Source of the DNA: Mobula hypostoma
Lineage: Eukaryota
Direction: 5' to 3'
Assembly (NCBI RefSeq): GCF_963921235.1
Contig: NC_086108.1
Coordinates: forward strand, 17,484,001 to 17,548,000
Length of the DNA stretch: 64,000 nt
Shown one piece after another: positions 53,714 to 64,000 of this stretch. Within the stretch, counting starts at the first letter, position 1, and every line of letters starts with the position of its first letter. Under the pieces are notes generated by a model that saw only the letters and a program-made list of their open reading frames with translations, had not been told where the DNA came from and did not search any database. Position numbers and translations under genes: made by a program.

Positions 53714-54242
53714 TATGGATTACAATGATACAAATGTCTCACTGACACCTCGAGACCATGCTGCATTCACTTTCCACTGGGATGGGGGTTAGAAATTTCT
53801 TTCAGTGTTTGGGTAAGGACTTCAATCCACAGCTGCTGACAAAGCTGTGCCAGCTAGTGAGGCCACACAGAAGCCCGGCATGATGTGGGAGGAGGTTGCC
53901 AAATCTTGCCCCAGGGCTCACTCTGCCAACAACAGCCATTTTCAACATCAACAACCTGTTGCTGTTGCATGGTGCCTTGAGTGCATTGAAATATCCCACA
54001 GGGCTACCCAGGGGACATTCTACAAATGCCTACCCACGTGGACCTCTTGGGGCAGGAGACCAAAAACTTAGAGGAGAGAGAGGCTGAGAGGCAACAAGTT
54101 CCAGAGCTTGGTTGAAGGGTTTCCTTGAGGTACCCTGATCTCCTCACACATTTCCTCCTGCCAGATCAGGGTTCAAAATAAATTCATTATCAAAGTGCAT
54201 ATATATCACTATAATGCAAATTACCCTGAGATTCATTTTAAT

Positions 54243-57090
54243 AACATAGAAACATAGAAACCCTACAGAAATTTACAGGTCCTTTGGCCCACAATGCTGT
54301 GCTGAACATGTACTTACTTTAGAAATTACCTAGGGTTACCCATAGCCCTCTAGTTTTCTAAGCTCCATGTACCTAACCTAGAGTCCCTTAAAAGACCCTA
54401 TCATATCCAGCTCCACCACTGTCGCCGGAAGCCCATTCCACGCACTCACCATCCTCTGCATAAAAAACTTACCCCGATATCTCCTCTGTACCTACTTCCA
54501 AGCACCTTAAAACTGTTCCCCTTCATGTTAGTCATTACAGCTCTGGGAAAAAACCTCCGACTCTCCACACAAGCAGTGCCTCTCATCATTTTATACACCT
54601 CTATCAGGGTCACCTTTCATCCCCCGTCGCTTCAAGGAGAAAAGGCCAAGTTCACTCAACCTATTCTCATACGGCATGCTCCCCAATCCAGGCAACATCC
54701 CTTGTAAATCTCCTCTGTACTCTTTCTGTAGTTTCCACATCCTTCCTGTAGTGAGGTGACCAGAACTGAGCACAGTACTCCAAGTGGGGTCTGACCAGGG
54801 TCCTACATAGCTGCAACATTACTTTTCAGCTCTTAAACTCAGTCCCACGGTTGATGAAGAAAAATGTACTATATGCCTTCTTAACCACACAGTCAACCTG
54901 CACAGCAGCTTTGAGTGTCCTACGGACTCCAAGGTCCCTTTGATCCTCCACACTGCCAAGAGTCTTACCATCAATTCTATATTCTGCCATCATATTTGAT
55001 ATACCAGAATGAACCACATCACACTTATCTAGGTTGAGCTCCATCTGCCACTTCTCAGCCCAGTTTTGCATCCTATCGATGTCCCACTGTAACCTCTGAG
55101 AGCCCTCCTCACTATCCACAACATCCCCAACCTTTGTGTCATCAGCAAATTTACTAACCTATCCCTCTACTTCCTCATCCAGGTCACTTATAAAACTCAC
55201 CAAGAGAAGGGGTCCCAGAACAGGTCCCTGAGGCACATCACTGGTCACCGACCTCCATGCAGAATATGACCTGTTTACAACCACTTTTGTGCCTTTTGTT
55301 GGCAAGCCAATTCTGGATCCACAAAACAATGTCCCCTTGGATCCCATGCCTCCTTACTTTCTCAATAAACCTTGTATGGGGTACCTCATCAAATGCCTTG
55401 CTGAAATCCATATACACTACATCCACATCTCTACCTTCATCAATGTGTTTAGTCACATCCTCAAAAAATTCAATCAGGCTCGGAAGGTACGACCTGCCTT
55501 TGGCAAAGCCATGCTGACTATTCCTAATCATATTTTGCCTCTCCAAATGTTCATAAATCCTGCCTCTCAGGATCTTCACCATCAATTTACCAACCATAGA
55601 ACTAAGACTCACTGCTCTATAATTTCCTGGGCGATCTCTATTCTCTTTCTTGAATAAGAGAACAAACATCTGCAACCCTCCAATCCTCCAGAACCTCTCC
55701 CATCCCCATTGATGATGCAATGATCATTGCCAGAGGATCAGTAATCTCCTCCTTCACCTCCCACAGTATCTCATCCAGTCCGGTCCCGTTGACTTATTCA
55801 ACTTGATGTTTTCCAAAAGCTCCAGCACATCCTCTTTCTTAATGTCTATATGCTCAAGCTTTTCAGTCTGCTCTAAGTCATCCCTACAATCTCCAAGGTC
55901 CTTTTCTGTAGTGAATACTGAGGCAAAGTATTCCTTAAATATCTCCGCTGTCTCCTCCAGTTCCATACACACTTTTCCACTGTCACACTTGATTGGTCCT
56001 ATTCGTTCAAGTCTTATTTTCTTGCTATTCACATACTTGTAGAATGCCTTGCGGTTTTCCTTAATCCTGCTCACCAAGGCCCCTTCTGGATTTCCAAATT
56101 TCATTCTTAAACTCCTTCCTGCTACCCTTGTAATCTTCTAGATCTCTATCATTACCTTGTTTTTTTTGAACCTTTTGTAAGCTTTTCTTTTCTTCTTGAC
56201 TAGATTTTCAACAGCCTTTGTACACTGTATTTCCCAATACCAGATCAAATACAGCCTCTCCTCTCATGGACTTATCTACATATTGTGTCAGGAAACCTTC
56301 CTGAACACACCTAACAAACTCCACCCCATCTAAACCCCTTGCTCTAGGAAGATGCCAATCAATATTGGGGAAATTAAAATGTCCCACCACGACGACCCTG
56401 TTGTTATTACACCTTTCCAGAATCTGTCTCCCTATCTGCTCCTCGATGTCCCTGTTACTATTGGGTGGTCTATAAAAAACATCCAGTTGAGTTATTGACC
56501 CCTTGCTGTTCCTAACTTCCACCCACAGAGACTCAGTAGACAATCCCTCCTTTTCTGCAGCCATGATCAGCAGTGCTACACCCCCACTTCTTTTGCCTCT
56601 CTCCCTGTCCTTTCTGAAACATCTAAAGCCTGGCACTCTAGGTAGCCATTCCTGCCCCTGAGACAACCAAGTCTCTGTAATGGCCACAACATCATAGCTC
56701 CAAGTACTGATCCATGCTCTAAGCTCATCCGCTTTGTTCATGATGCTTCTTGCATTAAAATAGACACATCTCAAACCATCAGTCTGAGTGCATTCCTTCT
56801 CTATCACCTGCCTATCCTCCCTCTCACACTGTCTACAAGCTTTCTATATTTGTGAGCCAACCACCCCTTCCTTCATTCAGTTCGGTTCCCACCCCCCAGC
56901 AATTCTAGTTTAAACTCTCCCTAATAGTCTTAGCAAACCTCCCTGACGGGATATTGGTCCCCCTCAGATTCAAGTGCAACTTGTCATTTTTGTACAGGTC
57001 ACGCCTATCCCAAAAGAGGTCCCAAAGATCCAGAAATCTGAATCCTTGCCCCCTGCCCCAATCCCTCAGCCAACCATTTATTCTCCACCA
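54243..57090 (-). mobile_element. Degraded CR1 LINE spanning the ORF1 end and all of ORF2
   Basis: ORF pieces 56208-56807 (CVYFNARS, ITETWL), 55754-56104, 55238-55720 and 54826-55119. Tail aacatagaaacatagaaa. Confidence 0.92.
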
Positions 57091-58736
57091 TTTATCAATT
57101 TTCTTGCAGATATTCAGAGTAGTACAAAGAAATACAATAAAATCAATGAAAAGCTACACAGGAATAAAGACTGACAAGCATCTGATGTGCAAAATCAGGC
57201 AAACTATGGAAATACAAACAAATAAACTAACAAATACTATTGAACATGAGTTGTGGAGTCATTGAAAGTGGATAGGTTGTGGAATTAGTTCAGTCCTGAG
57301 GTGAATTAAGTTATCTGCTCTGGTTCAGGAGCCTGATGTTTGAAGGATAATAACTGTTCTTGAACTTGGTGGTGTGGGACCTCCTTCCTGATGGAGGGTT
57401 GGTAGTTTCATTAGCTATTGTAAATTGCTCCCTGCGTGTAGATGAACAGTAGAATCTGGGAAGATTTGATAAAAATATGGGATTAATATAGTGTTAGTGT
57501 AAATAGAGGCTAATAGTTGGTGTGATCTTGTGTGGCAAACAGCCTGTTTCCCTGCCGTATCACTCTATAGAACTCCAGCAGCAGAGGAGAGACCTAGGAA
57601 GGTGAAAAGCTGGAGGCAGGGACAGGAAAGAGATGTCAGCACAAATCTGATAGTTTGAAAACTGATGCGGTTTTCTGGGGATGAGACTGAGTCTGAGCAT
57701 GAAGCTGTAAGCACAGGGCAATGAGTGAGTGGGATATTGTGTGCATCTGGATTCTGGCTGTTTGTCTAACAGGATTACTGGGGCTTCAGCTGCTGGGCCC
57801 AGTGCCAAGTGCCTGGAGCAGAGAGACTGTTATACAGTGTAATATCCCCATGTGAGCCAACTAGCGCTCACATTAAGTGAGAGAGACACCAGTGACAGAG
57901 GGAGCTTCTCTGCATCAGTTATACAATCGCAGTGTCTACACCCAGCCACCAGAATGACAAGTCAGCCACACTCTGACCACCTTGATGCCTTTGTACTAAA
58001 ACTGAAACACTTTTGTGCACCAGTTGCATTTTTTCTTGTACAATTTGTGCATAATTTATATTTTTCTGGTGAATGCTGCTTCTATGATGCCACGTGCTTG
58101 CGATGCAGCTGCAAGTAGCTTCTCATTGCATACATGTCCGTCCTTGTGCATATGACAGTACACTTGGCTTGGACTCCAGTATTGTGACTTTGAGTGATCA
58201 AAAAGGGGGACTCTTATCAGAACAGGCTGCATTCAATTGTAATCACCCCATTATAGGAACGATGTGAAAGCTTTGGAGAGGGTGCTGAGAACTTTACTAG
58301 ATACTGCCTGGATTAGAGAGCATGTGCTATAAGGATACATTGGCCATAGATGGGTTGTTTACTCTGGGGCAGCAGAGAGTGAGGCGAGACCTGATAGAAG
58401 TTTAAAAGGTTATGTAAGGCATAGAAAAGACAGTCAGTATATTTCTCCCCAGAGTCAGAATGTCAAATAATAGAGGGCATGCATTTATGGCAAGAGGGGG
58501 ATAGCTCAAAGGAAATGTGTGGCCTAAGGTTCGGTGTCGGTGATTAGGTATCATTGGCTTAATTAGTTTGGCACAGCATCAAGGGCTGAAGGGGCTGAGG
58601 GGCCTGTTGCTCTGCTGTAAAATCAATCCTGTTGGAATGCCAATAGTACATTCAGCAAAGATCATTATTTCAGCCAAACCCATTTCAATGATAAATGAAT
58701 AAAACATTCAGGGGGTTTGAATTGGCAGAGAAAGTA

Positions 58737-58867
58737 TCTGATGATGGGTCACAGACCTGAAATGTTAACTGTTTCTCCTTCCACAGATTCTGCCTGGCCT
58801 GCTGAGTGTTCCCAGCCTTTTCTATCATCATTTCAGATTTCTAGCATCCACAGTTTTTAGATTTTCA
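58737..58867 (+). repeat. Old Penelope-terminus-derived repeat with degenerate hammerhead motif
   Basis: CTGATGA tgggtcacagacct GAAA tgtt aact...ccacagattctgcctggcctgctgag. Confidence 0.55.
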
Positions 58868-59334
58868 TTAAGCTTTTCTGAGGTTGCACAGATCAGAGCA
58901 AAATCTATTGGGCTGCACTGTTCTGTGCCAATATTTGTGCAGCACTGGAGTTGTATCTCCCAGCCAACACACCCCATTCCTGCCTCCCACAGCCACTTAG
59001 TTTACTTCTTCTGAAACATACCGTGCTGCTTCCTTGTCCCTCCACACACCTAAGAGTTTATCGTCTGGATAAAGATCGAGTTGTCCCATTTACAAATCTC
59101 AGTTCCCACTTTCCCCATAATTTTTCGATCCTTCATAGAGAACAACTGTTCAATGAATGAAATGTTTCAACTTTAACGCTCTCTCAAGACCACAATGAAC
59201 CTTTCACAAGGAATGATTTTGTCTTGCTAGATAGATCTGATGATGTGTGTAGTGAGAATTGTGCTGCATGTGTTGATTGCAGTTACCTACACCAAGTAAA
59301 CTGAACAAGCCAGCTAACATGTCCAAGTACAGAG

Positions 59335-59710
59335 TCACAGTGGTACAGCAGGCAGTGCCACTGCCACACAGCTCCAACAATCCAGGTTCAATCTTCACCT
59401 CCAGCGCTGTCTATGTGGAGTTTGCACATTCCACCCAAAACCCCTCGTGACAAGATGGGTTTCCCCTCATCTACTCGGGTTTCCTCCCACAAACATGTGG
59501 ATTAGTGAGTTAAATAGCCACCCTAAATTGGCCTCTCTATAGCTAATTGGTAAAAAGAATTAAAGGCAAATTCAGGCAGGTGTGAAAGGAACTAAGTTGC
59601 AGAAATAGAGGGTTGTAGAGATGGGGGAGAGGAGACTGATTGGATTGCTGTGCTGGAACTGGAATGGTTCTGATAGGCTGAATGGCCTCCATCTGTGTCT
59701 CCATAAGTTA
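59335..59710 (+). mobile_element. V-SINE (HE1-like) copy
   Basis: tRNA-like head gtggtacagc...ggttcaatc, followed by the V-domain gtggagtttgcacatt...gggtttcctcccac. Confidence 0.6.
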
Positions 59711-59914
59711 CCAGTCTCAGGATGCCCTCTAACCGCCTTACGACTAATAAGGTACTTTTCAATGTAGTCAGTGAGAGCCTTGTCCCATATAAATCCTTTT
59801 CAGTGGATGGGGAGGAGGGAGGGGAATACACTTAATCTCTCCATCTCTGGAAATATCAACCCCCTAACCTTCCACCACCTCCCCCCAGCCACTGCAACCT
59901 CACTTCACCTGCCA

Positions 59915-60957
59915 AAGCTTGGGCCTTTTCTGGTTGGCTTCCAGTGACAACTGGTGTTCTGTAGGGTCGGTGATGGGACAACTTCTTTTCACAATATATG
60001 AGAATAATTTGAACAACAGAATTGATGGATTTGTGGCTATGTTTGTAAATGATACAAAGGTAGGTGGAAGGGCAGGTAGTGTTGTGGAAGCAGGGAGTCT
60101 TCAGAAGGACTGAGTCAGATTAGGGGAATGGTCAAAGAAGTGGCAGATGGAATACAGTGTAGGGAAGTGTATGGTCATGTACTTTGTTAGAAAGAATAGA
60201 CTATTTTTTAAATGGGGAGAAAATTCAGTAATCAGATCTACAGTGGTGCTTGGGAGTCCTTATGCAGGATTCCCTAAAGATTAACTTGCAGGTTGAGCTG
60301 GTGATGAGGAAGGCAAATGCAATGTTAGCATTCATTTCAAGAGGACTAGAGTACAAATGCAAGGATGTAATGCTGAAGCTTTATGAGGCATTGGTCAGGC
60401 CGCACTTAGAGCATTGTGAGCAGAGTTAGATCCTTATCTAAAAAAGGGTGTCCTGGTATTGGAGAGTGTCCAGAGGAAGTTTATAAGAATGATCCTAAGA
60501 ATAAAGGGGTTAACGTATGAGGAGCATTTGATGGCTCTAGGCCTATACTCATTGGAGTTTAGACAAATGGGGGTAGGGTCTTATTGAAACCTACCGAACA
60601 TTGACAAGCTTAGATAGTGTGTATGTGGAGAGGATGTCTCCTATTGTGGTGGAGTGTAGGATCAGTCGGCTGAGCCTCAGACTATAAGGGCATCCCTTTG
60701 AGTATAGGTGGGGAGGAATTTCTTTAGCCAGAGGGTGGTGAACCTGTGGAATTCATTGCCACAGATGAAAATAGAGGTCAAGTCATTGGGTACCTTTAAA
60801 GCAAAGGTTGAGAAGAGGTTCTTGATTAGTAAGGGCATCAAAGGTTACAAAGAAAAGACAGGAGAATGGGGTTAAGAGGGATAATAAATCAGCTATGATG
60901 AAATGGAGCAGGCTCAATGGGCTGAAATGGCTTAATTCTGCTCCTTTTGTCTTATGT
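59915..60957 (+). mobile_element. Old degraded CR1 RT and 3' fragment
   Basis: GSVMGQLLFTIY...FVNDTKVGG and ttggtcaggccgcacttagag. Tail gtcttatgtc. Confidence 0.82.
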
Positions 60958-61719
60958 CGAGAGGAAGCTGAAGGATAGATCCAGGGAAGGCAGAGAGAGC
61001 AGAAGGGAAAAGAGACAATATAATGGGGGATGGTATTTGATTAGGGTCCAGATCGTTCTTTTTATTGGGTTGACCTTGTAATTTTAGCTTTCTTTATACT
61101 TGTTTATATGTTTGCATAATTACCTGTTTGACTGTAAACTTTCAGTAACTTGCAGTATACAGTATTCCTATAGTTGCGTAGCTTCATGGTCCACAGAACT
61201 GAAGTATGATTCAGTAAGTACCTGATTACAGGTTTCTTACCTGAACCAGTTCAAACCGGTTTTCAGTACAAAAGCATGTGCTCAAGTTTCTTTGTTACTT
61301 TTTTACTTGCCTTGCTGACCCTCTCTGACCTGCACTATGATGAACATCTGATTAAACACTATAACCATAAGATGTTAAATTCATTTCTGACTTCTGAAGA
61401 ACGTCATCTCCAGATCTAGCACTGGGGATGCTGTTGAGGCAAGAAGGGGGCATGTGAGAGGAGCTGGGTAGATCAGAAGGAGGTTAATATTTCAATGTTC
61501 TTGTTATTGGGTTGTAGACCAATTAGGTAAAATACAAGGTCCTGTTCTACTTGCAGTTAGTCTCACATGATAGTGGAAGAGGCCAAGGACAGACAAGTTG
61601 GTGTGGTAATGGGAAGGGAATTAAAATGTCTAGTAACTGGAGCTCCAGATGGGACCCCAAATTATTTCTGAGCTCCTGCTTTGATTTGGCAACAGGGTAC
61701 AATGCTTCAATGGTCAAGT

Positions 61720-62382
61720 TGGTGCTAGCGAACAACACTACCTCAGATATCTTCCAGATAGTTCACGAAACTGTTTCTTTCACTTTTTTCTATGTCTTCT
61801 TTTTATTTTTCTGTACTGTTAGAGCCTGTGATCAAAAGTTTGAGGATCGCCTGAGTGATCTAGCCCTTTGCTGTCTCTGAGAAGATGCGAGGAGGCGAGC
61901 AGCCTCAAGGCCACAAAGCTTAGAGCTGGGACGCAAGCTCACGATCAATTCTATTTCTTGCCAATCTCACCGATTACAATGCCGAGGAAGAATGAAACAT
62001 TGAGGTGAGTGCAGAAGGCAAGACAATCTTCAGTGCTGTCTACCAGCCTCTTGCTTGCTGCTGCCAAAGAAGGTGTTTGTATGTGATGGTCTCTTGCATG
62101 TTGCTCCTGAGAGAAGGCCTTTGTGTTCAAATGCTCTCTGTCTCTCTTCTCAATGCTGTCAGAGGATGGTACCAAAGTTCTGTGTCTGCGGTTTGTCAAT
62201 TGGTCTGTAGTTCAATTGGACTCTTTCAATTTTGTGTTTTTACATTGTGTTTCCGTCTGTTCTTTCTTGTTTGCATATTTTTTTTGCGTGGGTGGGGAGG
62301 GGGTTGGTGTTTGAAGTTCTTGTTGCCAGAGTTGTATACTGTGTACATAATTCGACAATAAATGTACCTTGAACCTTGAACC
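61720..62382 (+). mobile_element. Non-autonomous LINE-derived element with (ccttgaa)n tail
   Basis: Ends gacaataaatgtaccttgaaccttgaacc. Architecture resembles 30122-30915. Confidence 0.45.
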
Positions 62383-62829
62383 TTTATCTGTAACGATCTG
62401 TTCCAAGTTGCTTGCTAAACCACTCAGACAGAAAGATGCCTTCAGGAACATCTCAAACTCTGAGAACTAAGCAATAGCAGCAGATGGTAGTTAAAGCTAA
62501 AAGGGTTAAATTATAAGAGTAAACAGGGCAAGTTAGGATCACATTCCCTAGAAGCTGATGATGGACATACCAGCTTGATTGAGGAATTCCAAGTAATTGA
62601 AGGATCTGATATACTGTAGATAAAAGAAGGAGAAACTAGTTTCCCTGGTGAGGAAGTCTCCACCATTAGAGACAAGTCATCAGGTTAATTTCAGCATGCC
62701 ATTCTTTATACAACCACGCACTCGCATGGGGGTCAATGCAAAGGTTCGTAGGTGACACTGATAAATGCTGAGATAAAGACTGAAGGATGTGAGAGGTGTC
62801 AAAACACAAAAATCAGCCATGGTCTAACT

Positions 62830-62909
62830 CAGGGGTTCCCAAACATTTTTATGCCATGCACCCCTACCATTAATTGAGGCGTCCCTTTACCCCAGGCTGG
62901 GAACCCCTG
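62830..62909. mobile_element. 80-bp hAT MITE
   Basis: TIRs CAGGGGTTCCCA / TGGGAACCCCTG. 8-bp TSD GTCTAACT at 62822-62829 and 62910-62917. Confidence 0.9.
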
Positions 62910-63344
62910 GTCTAACTGAATGATGGGATGAGCTCAAAAGGCTGAACATATTGAGATTATGGTGGTGATATGTTTAAACCTGGAGTCTTACAACATGGAA
63001 ACAGGCCCTTTGGCTCACTGAGTCTGCACCATCAACCATTCATTCACACTAATCTCATTTCATTCTACACACATTCTCATTGGGGCAAAGTACAGTGGCC
63101 AGTTAATCTACCAATCTAAACATCTTTGGGATATGGGAGGAAATCAGAGGATGGGTGAAACCCATTTGCTCACAGGGACAGCACGTAAACTCCACACAGA
63201 CAGCACCTGAGGACGTAATTAAACCCTGGTTTCTGGAGATGAGAAACATTGGCTCCATCTTTGGCACCGCTCTGCTGCCTTGTTCTATTCACTTGCTGAA
63301 ATAACCCCTGAACTGATAAACCTTTGACCTGGTAAAGTGTTTAC

Positions 63345-63604
63345 CTGGGGACTGTTGAGTGCTCCGTAGCCAACGGCCGGTGTGGATGGCAAGGACACAG
63401 AGGGAGAGCCGATTGACGATGTGATAACGGGGTATGGAGAGCCCAGTCCATTGACTGGAGAGGCCAAGCTTCCCAAGGGGGAGGTGAGGGGGCGCGAAGC
63501 ATTTATTGAAGATCCGATCATTGACTGGTGACCAACTACTGAGTTCACTGTTGAATGTGGGGATGCTGAGCTCATCGACGTGGAGTTCACTTGTATTGCC
63601 GAGT
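63345..63604 (-). CDS. rxrg: RXR-gamma-like coding exon 2 (A/B, AF-1 region), 260 bp, phase 1 to 0
   Basis: Ser/Pro-rich peptide (D)[12 protein letters not shown]...[36 protein letters not shown], resembling the fish RXRG N-terminus. Acceptor tttcttctccccacag, donor CCCCAG|GTAAAC. Confidence 0.9.
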
Positions 63605-64000
63605 CTGTGGGGAGAAGAAAGCTCATTGGTAATAGGTTTATTATTCTGACGTGTATGTAAAAACTTTACTTTGCATCTCATTCATGGAGATCATTTAAAA
63701 CATCAACATATTGAGGCAGTACAAAGGGAAAAAGGCAATAACAGAATGCAGAACATTGTGTTACCAGTTGCAGAGAAAGTACATTTCAGGCAGACTAAGG
63801 CCATGACAAGGTAGATTGTAAGGTCAAAGCTCCATCTTATCGTACAAAAGGTCCATTCAATAGTAACAGCAAGATAGAAGTCATCCTTGAACCTGGTGGT
63901 CCATGGAAGGGAGACTTGCTTGTGTCATGAACTGAACTGTGTCCACAACTCTCTGAAACGTTTTGTAGTCTTGTATAGAGTAGATGTCATACCATGCCGT

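Noticed and set aside
59335..59410. tRNA gene
   Set aside because: It is the degenerate tRNA-derived head of a SINE, and no cloverleaf is recoverable.
14704..63344. Alternative RXRG first exon or retinoic-acid response elements in the large intron
   Set aside because: No convincing direct-repeat AGGTCA pair or spliceable exon was identified by eye. RNA or conservation data are needed.

Overview
Vertebrate genomic DNA, inferred to be a cartilaginous fish (shark or ray) from its CR1, V-SINE/HE1-like, Penelope and 60-bp satellite content. The only host gene is a retinoid X receptor, most similar to RXR-gamma, on the minus strand. Four internal coding exons have canonical, phase-compatible splice sites: 63345-63604, 14565-14703, 6345-6524 and 5164-5324. 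Exon 1 and the ligand-binding-domain exons lie outside the window. The introns, including one of about 48.6 kb, are packed with nested transposable elements: many CR1 LINEs (one with an essentially intact ORF2), a Tx1-like L1-clade element, a Neptune-type Penelope element, an RT-deleted Gypsy element, two solo LTRs with target-site duplications (TSDs), Tc1 and Tigger remnants, hAT non-autonomous elements, Rex1/Babar-like fragments and V-SINEs. The most notable observations are (1) a dispersed family of minimal hammerhead-ribozyme motifs from Penelope termini, including a palindromic back-to-back element; (2) two independent insertions of a composite hAT element carrying a captured CR1 3' end; (3) a three-layer CR1/Penelope/CR1 nest with recoverable TSDs; and (4) an unexplained 76-aa ORF fused to a truncated LINE. 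All calls were made by eye, and TE boundaries without TSDs are approximate.
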